This document shows, piece by piece, positions 1-10,610 of a DNA stretch of 35,576 nucleotides. Location of the stretch: contig NC_068985.1 in the NCBI RefSeq assembly GCF_001194135.2, forward strand, positions 119,523,359 through 119,558,934, read 5' to 3'. How positions within the stretch are numbered: the stretch's first letter is position 1; each line of letters begins with the position of its first letter. The notes under the pieces were generated by a model that was not told the origin of the DNA, did no database searches, and saw only the letters and a program-made list of their open reading frames with translations. A program made the translations under genes and the position numbers. The DNA is from Octopus bimaculoides (lineage: Eukaryota).

Positions 1-66
<66 letters not shown>
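1..66. repeat. (TA)21(TG)12 microsatellite
   Basis: Directly visible. Confidence 0.95.
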
Positions 67-290
67 CGGGCGTATTTGTGTAAAAGAGTGCGTACATATA
101 CATGTGTATGTACGTGCTTGAATTGGAATGCGTGTGCAAAATATGTGCATATACGTATCCGCCTTTATTCTTCGTTACTTCAAACCACCAATTGACACCA
201 TTCAAATACCCTGGTTGCTAGGTACATTTTATCACTGTAAATCATACCTGGTCTGCACACTCCACCTACGTCTGTTATTTCCTATGTCAC

Positions 291-368
<78 letters not shown>

Positions 369-387
369 GATTATCATTATTATTATT
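291..387. repeat. (TTA)n microsatellite
   Basis: Directly visible. Confidence 0.95.
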
Positions 388-703
388 TTTGTACAGGAGG
401 TTAATTCAATAAGCACTTCTATCTTGGTTTACAAATGTGTTCAGTTACATTCAAATACCGTCTATACAGATCCATTTTCATAAAAAAAAAAAAATGAATA
501 TTATCAGATAACACATATATCCTTTCATGAAAAGTGGTTTATTTTCAGCAAAATTTTGCTAAAGGCACGATCAGACACTTGACTCCTTTACACGCCTATT
601 TTATGCTAACGATTAATGCAATACACAACTCAACGTTGCATCTTCCCGCCTTTATAACGTTAAAATATCGCCATGTTTTTTCTTCGCTCCATACTTCAAC
701 ATT

Positions 704-934
<231 letters not shown>

Positions 935-1009
935 TGTGCTTTAATCGACCGATTCTTTTCCATATTGTAATCCTTGTGCCAAAATTAGAATCCATTATTA
1001 CTGTCAAAG

Positions 1010-1125
1010 TCAGCGAGCTTGCAAAATTATTAGCATGGCAGTGAAAAAGCTTAGCGGCATTTCCCCTGTCCTTGTGTTTTTAGTTCAAATTCCGTCGAGG
1101 TCGACTTCGCCTTTCATCCTATCCT
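1010..1125 (+). mobile_element. Family A SINE 5' fragment (a 3' remnant of another copy lies at ~940-1000)
   Basis: gcttagcggcatttc...agttcaaattccgtcgaggtcgacttcgcctttcatcc matches other copies. Confidence 0.7.
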
Positions 1126-1212
1126 ACCAGGACTGAGGTCGACGTAATTAATAACCACCCCCACTATTCCACAAAACTTCAGGCCTTCTCACTATAGTAG
1201 ATAGAACTGTGG

Positions 1213-2445
1213 ATAGACGGATCCTTAAGTCGAAATTAAACGGACGGAATAAGATTGAAGCTATCAACAGCTGGGCGGTTTCACTCCTTATATATGGAAT
1301 AGGGGTAGACGAACTAAACAGCTTAGACAGAAAGAAAAGGAAGTTGCTAACTAGATATGAGACACTCCACCCAAAACGTGACACAGAAGACTGTATGTAC
1401 CAAGAAAAAGAGGGGCAAGAGGACTTATTGGATGCGAACACAGCATTAGAGCAGAAGAAAACAACATAGCATGGTATGTAAAAAAGGCCACAGAACCTCT
1501 GTTATTAGAAGTAAGAAGGTCAGGCTTGTGTAGGATGAAAGATTGCAAAGATAAAGCACTGTACAAGCAATTTAAAAAGGATGAAACTGAAAATAGATGG
1601 GTAAAGAAAAGAATGCATTGACAATTTCATAGGGATGTTGAAGATAAGACAGACAGAGAAAAAGATGGCTGTGGATGACTAAAAATGTTTAAAACCAGAA
1701 ACGGAGGCTGTAATCTGTGCTGCACAAAAAGCAAGAACTAAGAACAAATTACATAAAATACAGAATAGACAACACATCAGAAAGTGATAAGTGCAGAATT
1801 TCTGAACAAAATGGTGAAACCGTATGGCATATTCCCAGTCGATGTACGCCACTAGCCCAGAATGAATATAAGAGATGCCACGACAATATAGCAAGGCTTG
1901 TCCATTGGACACTTTGCAACAAATATGGACTTGACAGAGCAAAAAATATGACCATAAACCCGAAGGCATCATCAAAAAGGATAATGCAAAAATCCTATGA
2001 GATTTTATGATTCAGTGCGACCATGAGATAGAGAACAGGAAGTCAGACATAGTCTTAGTTGAGAAAGAAACCAAGCTATGCTGGATCATAGATATAGAAT
2101 GCCCAGCTGAAAACAAGGTATGCGATAAGGAAGAAAGAAACGTCGATAGATATGACAGGTTAGCTTGGGAGGCTAAGCATTTGTGGTCGATGAAAAAGGT
2201 GGTAGTAGTACCAATAATCGTCGGAGTCCTGAGAACAGTGAGTAGAAATCTTGAGAAGTACATGGAACAAATAGGGGCTGCAATAAGGGTGGAGCACTTG
2301 CAGAAAACAGCACTGCTCAGAACCCCTCGAATAATCCGGAAGGTGCTCGAAAAATAAGGGGTGCTACCTTAGTTCACTGGTGGTGAACAGCTGACACCGT
2401 TGCACATCTCCAGCGTTAAAAGCTGTGCAAAGGCAATAATAATAA
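1213..2445 (+). mobile_element. 5'-truncated R4/Dong-clade non-LTR retrotransposon (copy 1): RT thumb, Zn knuckle, restriction-like endonuclease, 3' UTR, (AAT)n tail
   Basis: ORF pieces RRILKSKLNGRNKIEAINSWAVSLL, LDRKKRKLL..HPK, CRIS..ETVWHI..C..LAQNEYKRCHDNIARLVHW, RKSDIVLVEKETKLCWIIDIECP..KALLRTPRIIRKVL; ends gcaataataataa at 2435-2445. Frameshifted. Confidence 0.88.
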
Positions 2446-2679
2446 AGCTGAAGTGAGCTAACAAAATAAAAGCATATATGATCAAATCTCATACCAATTT
2501 CAAGCATTATGATAAAATATAAAGGTATAGGAAAAAAATGGAATTATTTACTATGTTTTTCAGTAATCACAATCTTTCCATTTTGTTTGTAAATATGATA
2601 CAAACAAAATGCAATGTTAATGACGTGGCTGTCGTAGTCCATCGGTAACTGGTAACATTGATTTGAAATAAGACCGTCG

Positions 2680-2681
<2 letters not shown>

Positions 2682-2754
<73 letters not shown>

Positions 2755-2845
2755 TGTATGCATGTATGTATGTATGTATGTATGTATGTATGTATGTATG
2801 TATGTATGTATATATACATGTGCATGTGTATGTGTGCGTGTGTGT
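2682..2845. repeat. (CA)n followed by (TATG)n
   Basis: Directly visible. Confidence 0.95.
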
Positions 2846-3062
2846 ATTGTATGTATCTATTCCCAGCCACCGATTGACAAATGGAGCAGCTGTGTTCGAC
2901 AAAAGACACCGAGGGAATAAGTATCAGGATTTACGAAAAAAGAAAAAACAAACTAAAAAAAAAAAAACCCTCATGAGTACTGGGGTCGATTCGTTCGACT
3001 AAAATTCTTCAAGGTTCTGCCCCAACATGACCGCAGTCTAATGATTGAAGCAAGTAAAAGAA
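2840..3062 (+). mobile_element. Family B SINE 3' module following (CA)n/(TATG)n
   Basis: tactggggtcgattcgttcgactaaa..ccaacatgaccgcagtctaatgattgaagcaagtaaaag, the reverse-complement homolog of 3727-3830. Confidence 0.65.
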
Positions 3063-3079
3063 AAAGAAAAAAAGAATAC

Positions 3080-3295
3080 TCGTGTGGAACGATTGGATGA
3101 ATGGTTAATGCATGTGTTGTGGGGGTGGGTTGCAGAGTGTCAGAGAGAAGGAGGTGGTGGTGAGACAGACGTGACGGATGTGCGTGGTGGAGAGGGGGGT
3201 GGTATGAAATAAGTGGCGCTGAAGAGCAGGGGATGTTGTAATAGGGAGAGAAATGCTAGAGTAAGAAGATAGTGTGGGCTGGAGGTCAGAGTCTC
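3080..3295 (-). mobile_element. Short CR1/L2-group LINE 3' fragment
   Basis: Minus translation TETLTSSPH..LAFLSLL..CSS..PPP resembles the LTSSLQPLSHRR..SLSLFYRY..CSSEL C-terminal block of the same group as 5760-6690. Confidence 0.5.
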
Positions 3296-3305
3296 AGTAT
3301 GTCCG

Positions 3306-3327
3306 TCTATTACGCATAAATACACGA

Positions 3328-3360
<33 letters not shown>

Positions 3361-3700
3361 AACACAGACACACACTCTCTATTTAGACAGACACACACTC
3401 ACACTCATGCACGCATACACATACACACACGCACGAACACACTCTGTTTAGATTGACACATACATACGCACACACACTCATGCACGCACGCACGCACGCA
3501 CGAACACGCTTTGTTTACACATATATATACACACACACACAGACACATGCACAAACACATTCTCTAATGACACATGCACACAGGTGCACATAATACACAT
3601 GGCGGCATACACATACAAATCTACACACACTCGCATAAACACAGATGCGCACAAGTACACAAGTACACAAGTACACAAGTACACAAGCACACATGTTTGA
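3306..3700. repeat. CA-rich region containing a ~63-bp degenerate minisatellite and (ACAAGTAC)4-5
   Basis: cacgaacacactctgtttag..cacactcatgcacgc recurs about 3 times; acaagtac repeats at ~3651-3688. Confidence 0.75.
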
Positions 3701-3726
3701 TTCTGCAAACAAGAAGACAACTCCAA

Positions 3727-3932
3727 ATACTTACTCTTTTAATTGTTTCAGTCATTTGACTCTGGCCATGCTGGAGCACCGCCTTTAGTCGAACAAATCG
3801 ACCCCAGGACTTATTCTTTGTAAGCCTAGTTCTTATTCTATCGGTTTCTTTCGCCGAACCGCTGCGTTACGGGAACGTAAACACACCAGCATCGGTTGTC
3901 AAGCGATGTTGGGGGGACAAACACAAACACAT

Positions 3933-3984
<52 letters not shown>

Positions 3985-4230
3985 TTTATTATATGTATTT
4001 ATTTTCTCCTTGTAATAAATAACTCGGATAAAATAAATTGGTTAATAGATACCAGGGTAGCAAAGATCACAAAATAACTGATACATATATACGACGAGCT
4101 TCTTTCAGTTTCCGTCTACCAAATCCACTCACAAGGCTTTGGTCGGCCCGAGGCTATAGCAGAAGACACTTGCCCAAGGTGCCACACAGTGGGACTGAAC
4201 TTGGAACCATGTGGTTCAAAGAAGAGTTCA
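3727..4230 (-). mobile_element. Composite SINE family B: tRNA-like head, CCTTGGGCAAG core-like segment, internal (TG)n, conserved 3' module
   Basis: Minus strand ..ggttccaagttcagtcccactgtgtggcaccttgggcaagtgtcttctgctatagcctcgggccgacc..(TG)n..gacaaccgatgctgg..ggggtcgatttgttcgactaaaggcggtgctccagcatggcc; homologous to the 14470, 18530, 21205 and 2840 segments. Confidence 0.8.
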
Positions 4231-4611
4231 TATAATCTTTATTAACCAAAATTGCTGTACAAGATTGACTCAAGTGCCTAGAGTACGGTGAGGTCTAAGA
4301 TGTGACTGCTATTGCAATTCGGTCGAGTGACCACGCACGTAGAGTCCCCTTCGTTAGTTCGAAATGGCTATCGTCATTTCGCTACTGTTTAATTTCAGCT
4401 GAATTTTGATCGAGTAGATTTATGATCAAAGGCATTATAGCCATGATCATCTCCTCATTTTGAGGGGTATATAAGGCAATATTATCTAATCTGTCATATT
4501 AGCAAAAAATAAAAAATAAAAAAATAAAAAAGTAAAAAAGCAATATAAGATAGCAGTTGGAGCTATCACATACAATAGAGGCTTTCCTTGCTGGCTTGAA
4601 ATAAAATATTA

Positions 4612-4733
4612 TTTTCTACTCTAGGCACAAGGCCCGAAATTTTTTGGGAGGGGACCAGTCGATTAGATCGACCCCAATACATAACAAGTACTTAATTTAT
4701 CGACCTCGAAAGGATGAAAGGCTCGCCGCCTTA
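4612..4733 (-). mobile_element. tRNA-derived SINE family A copy, internally deleted, flanked by a perfect 17-bp TSD
   Basis: cttgaaataaaatatta at 4595-4611 and 4734-4750; the body matches other copies (ttttctactctaggcacaaggcccgaaa...gaaagg|ctcgccgcctt). Confidence 0.85.
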
Positions 4734-5169
4734 CTTGAAATAAAATATTACTGATTTTATGGTCGATCGGCGTTACAAGCGAATCTTGAATCATTATATC
4801 ATTTGCACTTAATTAGACATGTTGGTGGGGTACATTTACATTCATCTTTCTAAATACCGTAAAGAGAAACCGGAAGTTGAAATATTAGCTAATCATCCGG
4901 TCATTCAGTATACCTTTAACCTTATATCTATCTAACTAGTCTTGTTTCGTTCTATTTACAACGTTAATACTCGTCTATGAAATAAAATATCTTTCGTGTC
5001 TACACCTCACCGTGTGAAATAACTTCTTTTGTGTTGTGTCATTGAACAAATGAAGTGTAATAAGGTAACTGCTAAAACTGGGTGTCTATAAGAAATCAGC
5101 ACAATTTTTTTAATGATTAAATATCTAAGACAAGCACAAAGTATGTTTTTAGGGCGAGTCATAGTTAAT

Positions 5170-5642
5170 TCTATTCTTTTCAAATTTTTGTACAAGGCCA
5201 GCAATTTTGGGAGGGGGATAAATCGATCACATCGAGCCCACTATCCAGCTGGTACTTATTTTATCGATCCCAAAATGATAAAAGCAAAGTAGACCTCGGA
5301 GAAATTTAAACTCGGAACGTAAATACGGATGAAATGTCGCTAAGCATTTCTTACGGTGTGCTAACGATTCTACTAGCTCGCCGCCTTAGTAAGAGTCAAT
5401 TATATTAACTCCAATACATTATCAGTACCTTTAATAATCCTTTCTACTATAAGCACAAAGTCTAGAATTTTGTAGGAGATCGTTAATCGATTACATCGAC
5501 CCTAGTGCTCAACTGGTACTTATTTCATCAACCTCGCAAGGATGGAAAGCAAAGTCAGCCTTGGCGGAGTTTGAACTCAGAACGTAAAGACGAGCGAAAT
5601 GTCGCCAAACATTGTGCCCGGCGGGCTAACAATCCTGGCAGT
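5170..5642 (-). mobile_element. Two tandem family A SINE copies (about 5170-5388 and 5438-5642)
   Basis: Each has the A-box-like head (GGCGGCGAGCT..AGAATCGTTAGC), the B-box (GAGTTCAAACTCC / GAGTTTAAATTTC) and the shared 3' module. Confidence 0.8.
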
Positions 5643-5759
5643 TAATAAGGAATGACAAAGTTGATATGGAATGAATTTCAATTCAGAAAGTAAAGGGACT
5701 GAATTTTCATTTTTTAGTTTGGTCAGCGGAAAGGGGTTATGCCCTAAGCTTTTACGCGC

Positions 5760-6690
5760 CTTCATAGATTGATGGGACGAACGTGGTTAATGATTTTTAT
5801 GAATACCAGCATGTCTATGGTTGCAGAAGAAAGAAAGAAACATGAGCTGGGAAGGAATTCCAGGAAGCCGACGTTGTGGAAAGGAAGAACTAGGTGTGGT
5901 ACTTCTTGAGGGTCTGGTGGATGGATACAATAGAAATGTCAAGAGAAGAGAAAACTGAGTCGGGAGTGTCCGAGTGAAAGTGACACGGCATCAGTTTTTA
6001 GGAGGAAAGGACTCTGTAATGCGGTGGAAAACTGGAGGCAAAGAGAAGTGTCAGAATGTCTGTGGTAGGGGAGAGGCTAGAGTGTGATGGTGAGTGATTT
6101 CATGCTAACCATTTGGATAATCTTTTGCATGTGGTCAAAATATCAGTGTGTATAGTAGCATCACTGTCCTAGATCTGGAGATAGTAGTGCCTTGTGGCTC
6201 TTGTTTGTAGTGAGTTAATACTTGTTGAGGACTGAAGTATTTCCTGGTTGTGAAGTAAAAAAAAAAACAAACTAGTATTTGTGATGCAATGTTTGTTATG
6301 TGAAGGATGTATATGTGCCGACGTTGTTCGTGGTGGGGAATTATTAATGATGGTGAGATCCACAATTTGTAGAGACCTCGAGGGTTTATATTTTCGGGAT
6401 CTTTATAGGTGACTGGATTCAATAAACACCATTCGGTTACGGCATGAACGTACACATGCATGGCATAAGCTTTGAGACAAGCATATGACTACTGGCAGGA
6501 TCAGCCAGGTAGGAAAGATAAGTTTGTCATGACCCCAATGGAGGATGCTGCCGAGGTCTGAGGTCTTTCTTCATGAGGTTAGTGTAAATTTGGAGTAATG
6601 TGTCGAGGTGATATATGGGAGTAATGAAGAGTGGTATCAGCTGCAGAGACTGGGCATTGGGGGAGATGAATTTACTACTGAGAATAGCTG
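5760..6690 (-). mobile_element. Decayed CR1/L2-group (Zenon-like) LINE, RT C-terminal part, interrupted by the 18S fragment
   Basis: Minus-strand translations with frameshifts: KKDL..SILHWGHDKLIF, SLQIVDLTIINN, ASQILV..TRKYFSPQQVLTHYKQ, then ..SWNSFPAHV-like 3' motifs, all in the order expected for CR1/L2 RT domains. Confidence 0.7.
6448..6511 (-). rRNA. Non-functional fragment of the 18S rRNA 5' end (nt 1 to ~64)
   Basis: Minus strand reads TACCTGGCTGATCCTGCCAGTAGTCATATGCTTGTCTCAAAGCTTATGCCATGCATGTGTACGT vs the canonical eukaryotic TACCTGGTTGATCCTGCCAGTAGTCATATGCTTGTCTCAAAGATTAAGCCATGCATGTCTAAGT: 59/64 identical by manual alignment, starting at nt 1. Confidence 0.92.
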
Positions 6691-7247
6691 TTTAATATAT
6701 CAAATAATTATTCTATCTATGCATTGAATATAAACGCGACTAATGGACATATCAAGGATATAAATAGTAAGAAGAAATAAAGCCAGTGGCTAGTGGGAAT
6801 CCAAACCACATCGTCTGATAAGTAATACTTACATTTACACACAAGAGGGACAGAAAGCACCATGTTGAGTTTAATTATATCCTTCTACTTTGAGTACAAA
6901 GCTCCCTGAAGTCGATGTGTTTTATGTATCGCGTGTAGATATATATATACCAGCTATATTTTGAGGTTATTTCGGTTCTTTATACACTGTTTTAATAAAC
7001 TATTGTCGTTATGACTTGTTTCGGATCGCCAGTACAAAAGAACCTAAGCTATACATTTCTGACTGACCATGTCTGATGAGTATGTAATTATTTTTTTGTA
7101 GGGAATATTGATTACTTATGATACCGTCCCATAGCAGAATTTATAATACAGTATAAATAGCATGCCTATTCTACTAGATTATGAGTGTCCTTTTTTTATA
7201 TCTGACTTAGAAACTTGATTGAATAACTCTTTCTCTTCTCTGTATGA

Positions 7248-7248
<1 letters not shown>

Positions 7249-7300
<52 letters not shown>
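7249..7300. repeat. (TG)26 abutting candidate acceptor 1
   Basis: Directly visible. Confidence 0.95.
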
Positions 7301-7303
<3 letters not shown>

Positions 7304-7322
7304 ACTATTCTTTTTCCTGCAG
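7301..7322 (+). promoter_or_regulatory. Candidate 3' splice acceptor 1 upstream of RASSF
   Basis: ttaactattctttttcctgcAG directly after (TG)26; branch-like TTAAC, pyrimidine tract, CAG. Confidence 0.5.
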
Positions 7323-7530
7323 ATAGTGCCTCGGAGTATTTGATTTTCGAAAGAATTCTGTTTTTTTACCCAAATCTGTGTACAGTATTGTACATTTAAT
7401 GATACACTTATAGCAAATTTCAGCAAGAATGGTGAAGTCTAGGCTTTGCTGATGACATAAAAATAAACCAAAACATGTCGGAAATTGTCTCCCATATTTG
7501 TAAAAAAATTAAATAAATATTAGTCATTGA

Positions 7531-7569
7531 CTGATATTCTCTCTCTTCACCATTTTTGCATTCTCCCAG
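7531..7569 (+). promoter_or_regulatory. Candidate 3' splice acceptor 2 upstream of RASSF
   Basis: ctgatattctctctcttcaccatttttgcattctcccAG; branch-like CTGAT, long pyrimidine tract. Confidence 0.45.
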
Positions 7570-7651
7570 AATGAAATATACTGACACAAACTGGGCTGTT
7601 TATTTCCTTATTCAGACTATATTTTCATGTTTTCTCAACAATTGTATTTAA

Positions 7652-7679
7652 TTTAGTTCTGCTTTGTTGTATGTTTCAG
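7652..7679 (+). promoter_or_regulatory. Candidate 3' splice acceptor 3 immediately before ATG 7686
   Basis: tttagttctgctttgttgtatgtttcAG|GAAAAAATG. The ORF-track ATG 7671 lies inside this acceptor-like tract. Confidence 0.5.
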
Positions 7680-9777
7680 GAAAAAATGTGTGACAAGAAA
7701 TTCGAGATTCCTGTATGGGTGAATGGAACCGAAAAATGGTTGTCAGGGATTTCTAAAAGAACTACTTGTGATGACATTATTTACGCTTTGCTAAACCATG
7801 AACATCTTCACGAAACAGAAAATACTGATTCATTCGCTATTTACGAATGCTGGAAAGGCACGGAGAAATACTTGCAAGGACGTACAAAAATTCTCCGTGT
7901 TTGGAAGAACAGGGCCGCTGATCGAAGCAACGTAAAGTTTATAATGCGTGAACTGGACGACATTGCTCAATCAAGTGAATATTCAGCAACGAAGCGTCGG
8001 TATCGGAGATGGCGCCATCAAAGGCGCTATGAACATAACTTCGATAGAAGTCTGTGCAATGAAGAAACACATGGAAGCTGTTGCTCTTACAAACAAAGGT
8101 TTGACAGTCACGACAGCCATAACAGTTATTTTAACGGCGAGCTTCGGTGTGATTTTATGAGTAGTAACACGCTGGACCACAATAAATTGCGACGCCTGCA
8201 TAAAATCATTAAACTTGTCATGAATCAGGAGAAGAAAATCAAATCATTAGCTAATCGTATCGAAGAAACAGAATTGTTAATAGAAAAATACGAAGATAAA
8301 ATCCATTTCCACCGCATGCAAAAGAAAGGCGTCAACTATGTTCAAAGATCTTTGCTTCTAGACAGTACCAGTACCAGTGAGGATTCTTTGGACGATTTTC
8401 TGTCTAAAGCTAATTTACACTTGCTAGAAGATTACGTTGAATTGCGTGACAGATTGATTGCAGTTTGTGAATTACTAGCAGCAGAAGAAGACACGATAGA
8501 CCAACTATCATCACTCATAAAAAAGCATGGTGTCCATGTGAACGAGGTTCTCTCAGATTTAAATAGAAAAGAATTTAATTCGTCATCTTCTGAAACGGGG
8601 ATTACAGAAAAAGCAAAACAAGATAAAATATCTTTTAATAATATTTTTGAAACTTCTCCGAATGGAAGCGAATGTCATTTATTATCACACGATGGTGAAA
8701 ATGTTGGGGTAATTCCTGACAGTTTGTCTTCTACAGAGGGACTTGATGAAGGTGAAAAATCGGAATTAGAGGCTCTTAGGATTCAGTTTAACCGAGTAAT
8801 GACTGTAAGCGTAATCCAGAATATAACTATGGATCAACTGAACCGGGAATTACAAAGGTATAATAAATTGCAAAATGAGAAATCAGATTTGATTCATAGT
8901 CTTGAAAAAGAAGTGTTAACAGCTGAATTGGGTTCAGTTAATAACCAAAACTGTGAAATGTCAAAATGTATTACAAATGAGGAGTCAAAACACAGGATCG
9001 ACAATATCTATTCTAACGAAAACAATTTTTCTCAACAAATAGATGATGACGGTTTTATAATTTCTGATGTTAATACACAAAACACATCCGAATTACCTAA
9101 AATTTCAAAAATTATACCAACTTCTAATAAAAAATTGATACCGACTACTAATAACAATTTGAAAGACGTTAATAAAATAGATTCAAAAAATATTGCTAAT
9201 AATCGGGAATGTGGTGTTAATATTGAAAGTTCCAGTACCCCTGATTCAAGCCCTAATTCTGTGTTAAAAGACTCAAATATAAAGAACTTAGATAATCCCA
9301 AGGTCGGTATTGCTGGAGGAGCTCCGAAATCCCAATTTGTACGAACAAAAAGTATGCGTGATTGGACAAGGTTACCGAAAGAGAATGTCTATCAACAAAT
9401 AAAGAATGTTTGTAGCAAGAAGTTTAATGATGAAGAAACGGATAACAATAAACTTCTCACACAACAACAGCAGCAGCAACAACAATTGGCCCAACAACAT
9501 CATCATTTTTACCAACATCAGCAATATAAAAAACAGCAACATCAACAACAGGAAAATAAACAGCAGCAGCAACACCAGCAGCAGCTGCAGCAACAACCAG
9601 AAGAGCAGCAACAACAGCAAAAGCAGCAAGAAAATACACACATTTCATATCCACAAACGCAGTCACCACTGCCATCACCGTCACCACCATCATTGACATC
9701 TACGCCACCATCTCCCTTACTGAAACAGCATCAACACCACCAACAAAAGCAACATCATCATCATAATCATCAGCAAC

Positions 9778-9830
<53 letters not shown>

Positions 9831-10265
9831 CTGCAGCAGCAGCAACAACAACTTCAACAAAAACCACCATCTCCACTACCAACACAACAATCGTCACAAC
9901 AACAACAACAACAATTACAACAAAAACCACCGTCACCACGACCAGCAGCACCACCACAACCATCTCAACAACAACTACAACCACAAAGACTGCAAGAAAA
10001 ACCACCGTTGCCAGGACCTGCTCCAAAACTATCACCACAGCAAAAACCACAACACCACCTACAACAACAATTGGTCACTTTAGAGCAATCTAAGCAGCAA
10101 AGCAAGCTGCAGATGATAACAAACAGTCTGAAGGGAGCCATTAAAAACAGAAGTCCAATACTGAAATTGGATAAATCAGACGACACTGATTCTACATCCG
10201 ATACAGGTCTAGGTTCGATAACCAGTGACGACTTCTCAAACACCCATATCGAAACACTCGTATGA
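7671..10265 (+). CDS. RASSF10: N-terminal Ras-association domain family protein (RASSF9/RASSF10-like; Drosophila Meru group), uninterrupted CDS; true start may be ATG 7686
   Basis: 864-aa ORF. The N-terminus EIPVWVNGTEKWLSGISKRTTCDDIIYALL...FAIYECWKGTEKYLQGRTKILRVWK matches the RA-domain pattern of N-terminal RASSFs. It is followed by coiled-coil segments (IIKLVMNQEKKIKSL; LRDRLIAVCELLAAEEDTIDQL) and a C-terminal D-S-x-S-D-T-G-L-G-S...ETLV tail that resembles, from memory, vertebrate RASSF10 tails. Tandem stops TGA TAA. RASSF9 vs RASSF10 orthology cannot be resolved by eye; probably a co-ortholog. Confidence 0.88.
9460..10080 (+). repeat. Coding (CAA/CAG)n polyglutamine and Pro-rich low-complexity region within the RASSF CDS
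   Basis: Multiple CAA-rich runs in frame, e.g. 9772-9830, plus repeated LQQKPPSP units. Confidence 0.95.
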
Positions 10266-10610
10266 TAAAAATTTCTTTCTTAAGTAAAAGATCTAAGAGT
10301 TTGTACCGGGCAGTGATCAAGTACAGTGTCCTTCGAGAAAATATGAGCTCCTTACTTCCAAGAGAATATGAGGGAAGCAAGCAAACCAATTCGGCTTATA
10401 ACTGGGCATTAAAATTCTGTTATGTATTGCGCTTAACTTACCGAGAACTTTTAATCCCATTTAAAGTATCATATATATATATATATGTAACGTACTCATT
10501 TTAAGTACTTATGCTGCTGTTGCATAAGCCTCAGTGTCATTTGCAAAACAGGAAGTGTACATAATCTGTTATATCGATAATATGGTGTTGATGCACCTTC
10601 GGAAGGAGAG

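Noticed and set aside
6448-6511. 18S fragment as primer contamination or a functional rDNA unit
   Set aside because: It has 5 substitutions and extends well beyond common primer length. No further 18S, ITS or ETS sequence flanks it.
6780-6830. Cluster of CSL-, RUNX- and GATA-like words upstream of RASSF
   Set aside because: Short motifs expected by chance, the CSL match is imperfect, and no conservation data are available.
9032-10243. Antisense and alternative-frame ORFs overlapping RASSF
   Set aside because: They are shadows of the CAA-rich coding strand with no domain signal.
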